Below, piece after piece: positions 1 to 5,644 of a stretch of 17,975 nt of DNA. Below the pieces are notes generated by a model that searched no databases, was not told the DNA's origin, and saw nothing but the letters and a program-made list of their open reading frames with translations. Numbering within the stretch: the first letter of the stretch is position 1; each line of letters opens with the position of its first letter. This stretch comes from Bacteriovoracia bacterium (lineage in GTDB: Bacteria > Bdellovibrionota > Bacteriovoracia > Bacteriovoracales > Bacteriovoracaceae), in contig JBKHVI010000051.1 of NCBI GenBank assembly GCA_046570105.1, forward strand, positions 1 through 17,975, written 5' to 3'. Both the position numbers and the translations under genes were made by a program.

Positions 1-559
1 GGCCCATGAACTCTGTAAAGAGAGCTTCAAGCGCCACGGCATCACCAAGCTCTGGCACCCCACTAAGATTCGTTTTGGTAAAAATACTCTTTGCACCTTT
101 CGCGAGGAATCTGCTCCGGGTGTGAGGCTTGGAATGGGAGAATTATTTTACTTGGATATCGGCCCCGTGGTGGCAGGCCATGAGGGTGATTACGGCGAAG
201 GCTTTCGTTGTGGCGGCGGCTCTGATCCCTTGATCGCTCAATCGCGCGAGCTCTTCGACTACACCGAACAAATCTGGAAAAATGAAAAACTCACCGGCCC
301 CGCGCTTTACCAGCGCGCCAGTCTCCGTGCTCAAGAGATGGGTCTCTATTTAGATATTCGCTCCGGTGGCCATCGTTTAGGGGACTTCCCCCACGCCATT
401 CACCATAAAGGCAAACTCATCGACTTCCCAGCAGGACCCATGCCGGGTGTGTGGATTCTCGAAATTCATTTGGTAGATAAAGCGAGAGAGCGAGCGATCT
501 TTTTTGAGGATGTATTAGGAATAGAGGATTTGAAAGCTAGTCTTCCAAATCCTCTTTAG
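1..559 (+). CDS. M24-family (pita-bread fold) metallopeptidase, 5'-truncated by the window edge
   Basis: Frame is open from nt 2 (AHELCKESFKRHGITKLWHPTKIRFG...) through the listed 122..559 ORF. Metal-ligand pattern D(IGP)...D(YG)...GH(RLG)...WILE...FFE(D) matches the D-D-H-E-E set of M24 peptidases. Confidence 0.8.
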   Translation, partial: AHELCKESFKRHGITKLWHPTKIRFGKNTLCTFREESAPGVRLGMGELFYLDIGPVVAGHEGDYGEGFRCGGGSDPLIAQSRELFDYTEQIWKNEKLTGPALYQRASLRAQEMGLYLDIRSGGHRLGDFPHAIHHKGKLIDFPAGPMPGVWILEIHLVDKARERAIFFEDVLGIEDLKASLPNPL

Positions 560-561
560 AT

Positions 562-678
562 TTATTCTTGTCGAGAGCGGATCGTAACTGACCTCTTTTG
601 ATAGAGGTAGGGCACGAGAAGATTCACCAACAGCAGGCTGCACAGGATGAAAAATAGTGTTGTTTCTTGCGCGATCAT
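562..678 (-). CDS. Putative 38-aa single-pass membrane peptide (MIAQETTLFFILCSLLLVNLLVPYLYQKRSVTIRSRQE)
   Basis: ATG at 678, AAGGAG Shine-Dalgarno at 690..685 (6-nt spacing), TAA at 564..562. A 19-residue hydrophobic stretch is followed by a basic tail. It is the C-terminal part of the listed 562..837 ORF. Confidence 0.55.
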   Translation of the reverse strand: MIAQETTLFFILCSLLLVNLLVPYLYQKRSVTIRSRQE

Positions 679-864
679 GGATAACTCCTTAAATCCATCG
701 GGCCGTCCTGGCATCTGTTTATAAAGGGTGGTTCGTCCTTGAACCGGGTAGATGTGATCCTTCACCTCCACCACTCTAATCCTTGAGACATTCACATCGA
801 GACGTTTTGAACATTTTGTTCTTCGAGGGCCACTCAATCCTTAAGTGTCTCTCACCGTTCTCTG
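677..864 (-). ncRNA. Structured RNA/leader with six AGGA-loop hairpins (CsrB/RsmZ-like, putative CsrA/RsmA-binding)
   Basis: Minus-strand hairpins: CACTTA-AGGAT-TGAGTG (847..831), CTC-AAGGATTA-GAG (787..774), GGTGGAgGTGA-AGGA-TCACaTCTACC (772..747), GGTTC-AAGGAC-GAACC (745..730), GCC-AGGAC-GGC (712..702), ATGGAT-TTAAGGAGTT-ATCCAT (698..677). The array begins just downstream of a sigma54 promoter. Confidence 0.6.
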
Positions 865-874
865 AAATGGATAA

Positions 875-891
875 AGCAGGAAGCGTGCCAA
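875..891 (-). promoter_or_regulatory. sigma54 (-24/-12) promoter, predicted start about nt 864
   Basis: Minus strand reads TTGGCACGCTTCCTGCT: TGGCACG matches consensus and the GG-N10-GC spacing is exact. Confidence 0.7.
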
Positions 892-975
892 GTCGTAAGT
901 TCTTGAAGGCCCATAGGGCCGGTGCCACCAGGGGCCATTTAATCGTCGCTAGTAGTGGCGAAATGGGACTTGTGG

Positions 976-1002
976 GGCCAAAAGGTGAGTGACACCTTTT
1001 GG
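976..1002. repeat. REP-like palindrome, copy 1
   Basis: CCAAAAGGTG-AGTGA-CACCTTTTGG (978..1002), a perfect 10-bp stem. Nt 976..1002 match the reverse complement of 9772..9798 at 26 of 27 positions. Confidence 0.75.
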
Positions 1003-1032
1003 ATAACTCCGAGTAATTTAATCGAATGAGAG

Positions 1033-1049
1033 TTGGCCTCAAAAATGCT
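1033..1049 (+). promoter_or_regulatory. Putative sigma54 promoter for the 84-aa ORF, predicted start about nt 1060
   Basis: TTGGCCTCAAAAATGCT has exact GG-N10-GC spacing but deviates from consensus in both boxes. Confidence 0.45.
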
Positions 1050-1100
1050 TACACCTGCTTGTCATTTGATTCTGCCTCATGTGACGATTAAGAGGCAGGG

Positions 1101-1138
1101 GTTACGGATGACTTCAGCTACAAACCACCAGGAGGGTG
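1101..1138 (+). promoter_or_regulatory. Two CsrA-type GGA hairpins in the 5' leader, one containing the SD
   Basis: GTTA-CGGA-TGAC (1101..1112) and CACC-AGGAG-GGTG (1126..1138) lie just before ATG 1142. Confidence 0.45.
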
Positions 1139-1141
1139 ACC

Positions 1142-1396
1142 ATGGGCAAACCGCACTACTATCTCATGAAAAATAAGAAGATCCTTCGTCTCGAAGCTAA
1201 TGAGCGCTGGGACGATCTTTCATGGATTCTCCGCTCCCAGATCCTCGATCCTAATTCAAAGAAGATGATCCAAGACGAGGCCAATTGGCGAGTCGCTATC
1301 TTCCGCGATGAGATTATGGAGCTTCCAGAATACGTGGAATATCTCAACTCACCCCAAGCACAAGAAGATGCAGAAATGTGGGCAGAAGCCGTTTAA
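1142..1396 (+). CDS. Hypothetical 84-aa protein
   Basis: AGGAGG at 1130..1135 is 6 nt before ATG 1142, which is preferred over GTG 1136. Followed by an intrinsic terminator. No recognisable family. Confidence 0.75.
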   Translation: MGKPHYYLMKNKKILRLEANERWDDLSWILRSQILDPNSKKMIQDEANWRVAIFRDEIMELPEYVEYLNSPQAQEDAEMWAEAV

Positions 1397-1434
1397 GCGG
1401 CTCCTAGACTTGGCATTTTAATCTCTATTAAACC

Positions 1435-1465
1435 GGCGGGCACTTATATAAGTGCCCGTTTTTTT
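1435..1465 (+). terminator. Rho-independent terminator
   Basis: CGGGCACTTAT/ATAAGTGCCCG palindrome (1437..1458) followed by T7. Confidence 0.85.
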
Positions 1466-1498
1466 GTAGCTAAAATTTCCGCCCTAAACTGCCGTTAC

Positions 1499-2170
1499 AT
1501 GGGCCGCAAAATCAAACCGATCGATATTAACGAATACATCCCTACCGTGCGCTACTGGGCCCGGCATTTTTCACACCGCTCTCATCAGGTGCTGGATTTC
1601 GAAGATCTCTTTATTGTCGGCATGATGGGATTAATGGATGCGGCCAAAAAATTTAATCATAAAAAAGATGTGCAGTTTAAGACGTATGCTGAGTTCCGTA
1701 TTCGCGGAGAGATTATCGATGAGCTACGTCGCCAAGATTGGATGAGTCGCTCAGAGAGAAAAAAACAAAAAATCTATCGCAAGGCCCATGACAATCTCGA
1801 GCAAAATTTGGGTCGCCATCCCACCCGTCAAGAAATGGCGAAGATCCTCCCCTTTAAGTCTCGTGAGCTAGATCGTATACGCCAATACGATGAACACGAA
1901 TCCCTGCGCTCCTACCAAGAAGGCGATATGGGAATGGGGAGCGAAACAGATACTGTCTATCATTTAGTAGAAACACAAGATGAAGTCAGGGAGTTGATGT
2001 GTGCCCTTCCCTCACTGCATCGCTTAGTGCTCGAGAAGCGCTATTTCGAAGATGCACCTTTATCAGTCATCGCAAATGAAGTGGGCCTCTCGGAAGGCCG
2101 CATCTCACAACTTCATGCTGAAGCTCTCGAGTTATTGCGCCAAGAGGCCATGGAAGATCTAGCGGCCTGA
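1499..2170 (+). CDS. FliA/WhiG-like (sigma28-family) RNA polymerase sigma factor, orphan paralogue
   Basis: Region 2 reads FEDLFIVGMMGLMDAAKKF...FKTYAEFRIRGEIIDELRRQDW, the region 3 segment LEQNLGRHPT, and the region 4 HTH IANEVGLSEGRISQLH. No flagellar genes are adjacent. Confidence 0.88.
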   Translation: MGRKIKPIDINEYIPTVRYWARHFSHRSHQVLDFEDLFIVGMMGLMDAAKKFNHKKDVQFKTYAEFRIRGEIIDELRRQDWMSRSERKKQKIYRKAHDNLEQNLGRHPTRQEMAKILPFKSRELDRIRQYDEHESLRSYQEGDMGMGSETDTVYHLVETQDEVRELMCALPSLHRLVLEKRYFEDAPLSVIANEVGLSEGRISQLHAEALELLRQEAMEDLAA

Positions 2171-3508
2171 GGCCGGTGCTCGTTCGACAAAACTGATATC
2201 ACCATACATCGTACCCAGCGCAGGTTTAACCGCTGTCTTATCCAATGAGGCGAGTTTTTGTGGCTCGTACTTTTTCCACCACAAAATTGATACGTATTGT
2301 TCAAGAGCACCGCGCTTAGCGAACTCAGTCTCACGCAGCTTAAACTTCTTACTCACCAAATGATTTTCCAGACGGCGAGCTTGCCAAGCAGCGGAGGCAG
2401 GATTGCGACTATGGAGTTCACTAAATAATTCTTCTAACTTTTGCCAGTGTTTGTCTTGATTGAGCCATGTCAGCTTATCAGTTGAAACCTCTTCAATCAG
2501 ACGAATCGCCACTGCTAGCTCTTTGGCCTCAAGTACCCAGCGCTCAATTTCTGAGTTGGGAATCAAATGACCGAAGCGTTTATCTCCAATCATCTGGGCA
2601 ATCACACGAGGCTCTTTAATTTCTCGTGCTAGCGCCACGAATTCATCTGAAGTCATCGCCGGTGCCAGCGCCCCTAAAAACTTTAGTTCGGCCAATTTAA
2701 CTTCGGCACTCTTCCCATGCTGAAATTCGCTTAGGGAATGGCGATAGATCATGCCCGACGTCACCAGAACCATAAGCGTTGCCGCCACAAGTCCGCGACG
2801 GTGATGCTGCTCGTGAAAAAGTACAAAAGCGCGATTATAGATCCACACCACATAATACAGCTCGCCTACCAATATTAAAGACAAAAGAGGTATGAGCCAT
2901 TGATCGGGCTTGATGTATATGAAAAGAAATAAGGCAAAAGCATAAGCTGCCATCGCTAACATTTTTTTCTTATGATTCCACTTAGAGCCTTGCTCCTCCA
3001 TTTGGCGCAAATAATCTTTCAAAGAGACCGGCGAAAACATCGTTATCAAAAAGAAAACACCGGCACATAGAATCGCTAAGTAGTCTTTTGTGGTAGATTG
3101 ACTCGAAAGCGACTTCGCGATTACGTTTTTCCCAGGCCCCATGGAGGCCATATCTGGTAAAATCTGGTCACTTGATTCCGGCATGAGAACTGAAAGCGTG
3201 ACCACATAAACCACCATGACAATAGTGGTAAGAAGGAGTTGCAACAAGAGCACCATGGATTGCGCCATAATGTGATAACTGATCAGAGTCTTTTTGTTAA
3301 AGCTCGCGAGCATCCATGAAATATTGTCTTTAAATTGATGACGATTGCTGGTGGTATAAAGCCCAAAGAAATACAAAAAGGGCAGCACCATCAAAAGTTC
3401 TTCTACTCTTAACATGAAAGCAAGGCCTGCCACACAAAAGGCATAGAAATGAAACTTCATTAAAAAACGCAAATAAGGAACGAAGAAGAGATTAAGCAGC
3501 GTGCGCAT
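2159..3508 (-). CDS. Multi-pass membrane protein, probable ABC exporter permease, with a soluble C-terminal domain
   Basis: About 7 hydrophobic segments followed by a roughly 190-aa hydrophilic helical tail. Likely start is ATG 3508 (AAGAGGT SD at 3520..3514), overlapping the end of the ATPase gene. The function is inferred from context. Confidence 0.6.
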   Translation of the reverse strand: MRTLLNLFFVPYLRFLMKFHFYAFCVAGLAFMLRVEELLMVLPFLYFFGLYTTSNRHQFKDNISWMLASFNKKTLISYHIMAQSMVLLLQLLLTTIVMVVYVVTLSVLMPESSDQILPDMASMGPGKNVIAKSLSSQSTTKDYLAILCAGVFFLITMFSPVSLKDYLRQMEEQGSKWNHKKKMLAMAAYAFALFLFIYIKPDQWLIPLLSLILVGELYYVVWIYNRAFVLFHEQHHRRGLVAATLMVLVTSGMIYRHSLSEFQHGKSAEVKLAELKFLGALAPAMTSDEFVALAREIKEPRVIAQMIGDKRFGHLIPNSEIERWVLEAKELAVAIRLIEEVSTDKLTWLNQDKHWQKLEELFSELHSRNPASAAWQARRLENHLVSKKFKLRETEFAKRGALEQYVSILWWKKYEPQKLASLDKTAVKPALGTMYGDISFVERAPASGR

Positions 3509-4388
3509 GATCGACCTCTTCTTGATCACCGTAGTGATAAATAAATATATCCTCGAGCGTGATCTCGCGACGATCGATCACATGGGCAGAAATATTCAAA
3601 CTGTCTGCTGTTTTACGACTCAGAAGAAAATTTTCTGAACCATCACCATTGACCCCCGCCCAACGCAAGTCAGTTCGTTGCAGTAAAGGGTCTGTCGAAC
3701 CTTGGGCGAAGCGAAGCTTTACAAAGCCACCACGCACCTCATCCAACGGTCCATTAAGCTTCATCTTGCCATTCTGTAGGAGAAGCAAATGAGTAGTATA
3801 GAATTGCAATTCAGAAATAATATTAGTTGTCATCACGACTGTCTTGCCTGACTGGCAGTAGCGATGAAGAAGTCCCAAGAAATAGCGACGAGCATAAACA
3901 TCCATCACCGAGGTAATTTCATCTAAAAGCAAAACTTCTGGGCATGCCGCCAGTGCCATCATGAGATTGAGTTGCATTTTCTGGCCGCGTGAATACTGAT
4001 GATAGTTTCTTTTTAAATCAATTTTTCGATCTTTCACCATTTGTTCAAAATACTCTTGGTGCCAACGAGGAAAAAGTTTGGAGAAATTCTTGGCAAATTC
4101 ATTCATCGGCAAGCTTGTTTCAATTTGAATGTTCTCATTGATATAAAACATTTCTTGCTTATTTTTCATCTTCCAGCCATGCGCTAACTCATCCTTGAAA
4201 TGAACCTCTCCCCCATCAGGAAACTCTGAGCCTGCAATAAGCCTTAGAAGCGTGCTCTTACCTGAGCCATTGGCCCCAAGAAGAGTTGTGAAGGTGCCAG
4301 GCAGGATATCAAAAGAAGGTCCCTGGAGGACTTTCTGGTGATTGTAGGTCTTAAAAATGTCATGAACTCGAATTACGGGCTTTGTCAT
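3492..4388 (-). CDS. ABC transporter ATP-binding protein (ABC-2/multidrug exporter type)
   Basis: Walker A GANGSGKS, signature YSRGQ, Walker B LLLDE and a C-terminal TLEDIF motif. Confidence 0.92.
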   Translation of the reverse strand: MTKPVIRVHDIFKTYNHQKVLQGPSFDILPGTFTTLLGANGSGKSTLLRLIAGSEFPDGGEVHFKDELAHGWKMKNKQEMFYINENIQIETSLPMNEFAKNFSKLFPRWHQEYFEQMVKDRKIDLKRNYHQYSRGQKMQLNLMMALAACPEVLLLDEITSVMDVYARRYFLGLLHRYCQSGKTVVMTTNIISELQFYTTHLLLLQNGKMKLNGPLDEVRGGFVKLRFAQGSTDPLLQRTDLRWAGVNGDGSENFLLSRKTADSLNISAHVIDRREITLEDIFIYHYGDQEEVDHAHAA

Positions 4389-4395
4389 AAAAAGC

Positions 4396-4423
4396 TTATC
4401 GGTGCACAGAGTTTAGTGATTGA
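4396..4423 (-). promoter_or_regulatory. Putative sigma28-type promoter giving a leaderless ABC ATPase mRNA
   Basis: TCAA-N16-ACCGATAA, with the -10 box ending 7 nt before ATG 4388 and no SD present. Confidence 0.45.
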
Positions 4424-4433
4424 GAAAAAACGG

Positions 4434-4452
4434 GTGTCTAAAGTTTAGACAC
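4434..4452. promoter_or_regulatory. Perfect palindrome, candidate enhancer-binding-protein site (UAS)
   Basis: GTGTCTAAA-G-TTTAGACAC, centred about 118 bp upstream of the predicted sigma54 start at about 4561, in a divergent intergenic region. Confidence 0.55.
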
Positions 4453-4533
4453 TTTTTTTGACGGGTGACAGCTTTGGCCCCGCTTAAGTCCACGCATTTT
4501 AAGGCCACATTAAGACTCTGTGGGCCTCTTAAA

Positions 4534-4550
4534 TTGGTATTCGGCTTGCA
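4534..4550 (+). promoter_or_regulatory. sigma54 (-24/-12) promoter of the barrel-lipoprotein operon
   Basis: TTGGTATTCGGCTTGCA has GG-N10-GC spacing with a perfect TTGCA -12 box. Predicted start about 4561, then AGGGG SD (4571..4575) and GTG 4583. Confidence 0.6.
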
Positions 4551-4582
4551 GAATCTAGCTTGTTTATAAAAGGGGTTACTGC

Positions 4583-5644
4583 GTGAAACGAGTGCTAGCA
4601 CTAGTTTTAGTTGGAGTTGTATCTCACGCCCAGGGTGTGGAGTTGAAGCTTGATAGCGTCAAATACTCCCTTGGAATGAGTGGGGACTACGTAGAGAGCG
4701 ACAATATTAAGGCGCGAGTCTTGAGTATTGATGCTGGCCTGCAGATTAAGGATGGTCTCTCAGACGATCTCTATTATCATGTGCGCCTTTTAGGCAATTT
4801 TGAAAACGGAACAAACAAAGCAACAGGCCTTACTGCCGAATATGAACCGAATCAAGCCGTCAACTTGTGGGAAGGTGGATTAGTTTATACTCCCCTCTCA
4901 TTTACTCGTTTTGAAGTCGGTGCCATCAATCAAAATCAATTCAGTTCACCACTTCTAGTTTGGAATACAGCTTTTGCGGGTGCCACTGAAGAGATCCGCT
5001 GGAATGAGTTTTACGTACGCGCCCAGCAGGCCATTCCAAACAACAATATTCTCTCTCGTCGAATTGGCGGAATTGATGAAGGTACTCCTATGTTCTACAT
5101 GGAGACCATCGGTTTTGATTTCGACAACAAAACGTTTAAATTTAAAACCGAAGTATCGCGTTTTGCTTTCAAAGAACTTTCAAGCCAAGTGGCCTTGACT
5201 TCACAAGACTTTGGTAACTCAGTTGTGGGTGCCAATCAATCTGCTCGTTTTCTTTATGGCTATAAGGGAACAAACGTAACCGCCGAAACCGGTTTGACCA
5301 CTGATGGCGGCTGGAAACTTCAACTTGATGGTCAGTATATCTTTAATGAAGACGCTCCCAATGGTCGCAATAACGGCATGCTCGCTCAAGCTGGCGTGGG
5401 CCTTGATGGAATTATTGTTAAAGCAGGCGTATTTAAAAATGAAAGTGATACTGCACCCGCCTTCTATAATGCTCGCCTTTATGGCCACAACAATATGGAA
5501 GGAACGATCGTTACTTTGCAAGGTGAAGAGAAAGATTATTTCTTTCGCCTTCAGCTCGTAAACGGCAAACCCATTGAACAAAATATCAGACAATCAGATA
5601 TGACTCTTATTAATTTCATGCTTGTGAGATTTTATGAACTCTAA
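4583..5644 (+). CDS. Secreted protein, probable outer-membrane beta-barrel (porin-like)
   Basis: Sec signal MKRVLALVLVGVVSHA. Many alternating amphipathic strands with aromatics (LYYHVRLLGNF, WKLQLDGQYIFN, YFFRLQLVNG, INFMLVRFYEL) and no TM helices. Confidence 0.6.
   Translation: MKRVLALVLVGVVSHAQGVELKLDSVKYSLGMSGDYVESDNIKARVLSIDAGLQIKDGLSDDLYYHVRLLGNFENGTNKATGLTAEYEPNQAVNLWEGGLVYTPLSFTRFEVGAINQNQFSSPLLVWNTAFAGATEEIRWNEFYVRAQQAIPNNNILSRRIGGIDEGTPMFYMETIGFDFDNKTFKFKTEVSRFAFKELSSQVALTSQDFGNSVVGANQSARFLYGYKGTNVTAETGLTTDGGWKLQLDGQYIFNEDAPNGRNNGMLAQAGVGLDGIIVKAGVFKNESDTAPAFYNARLYGHNNMEGTIVTLQGEEKDYFFRLQLVNGKPIEQNIRQSDMTLINFMLVRFYEL

Noticed and set aside
678..1010. 11-bp direct repeat TGGATAACTCC at 678..688 and 1000..1010, a possible target-site duplication
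   Set aside because: No terminal inverted repeats or transposase. One copy is the SD/start region of the small ORF, and a single 11-mer match can arise by chance.
679..1042. Listed ORFs 562..837 (long form), 776..1042 and 783..992
   Set aside because: No SD, non-ATG starts and non-protein-like composition. They overlap RNA hairpins and promoter motifs that explain the region better.
1411..1426. TGGCATTTTAATCTCT as a sigma54 promoter for the sigma gene
   Set aside because: It lacks the invariant -12 GC, and transcription would run straight into the terminator at 1437..1465.
1471..1498. TAAA-N16-GCCGTTAC as an autoregulatory sigma28 promoter
   Set aside because: The -10 box abuts the ATG, so the transcript would start inside the coding sequence and could not encode the full sigma factor.
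2159..2170. 12-nt convergent overlap of the sigma and permease genes as antisense control
   Set aside because: Short tail-to-tail overlaps are common in compact genomes and there is no further support.
4434..4459. Palindrome plus T7 as an intrinsic terminator
   Set aside because: It lies between divergent genes with no upstream plus-strand gene, and the stem is AT-rich with a 1-nt centre. A protein-binding site fits better.
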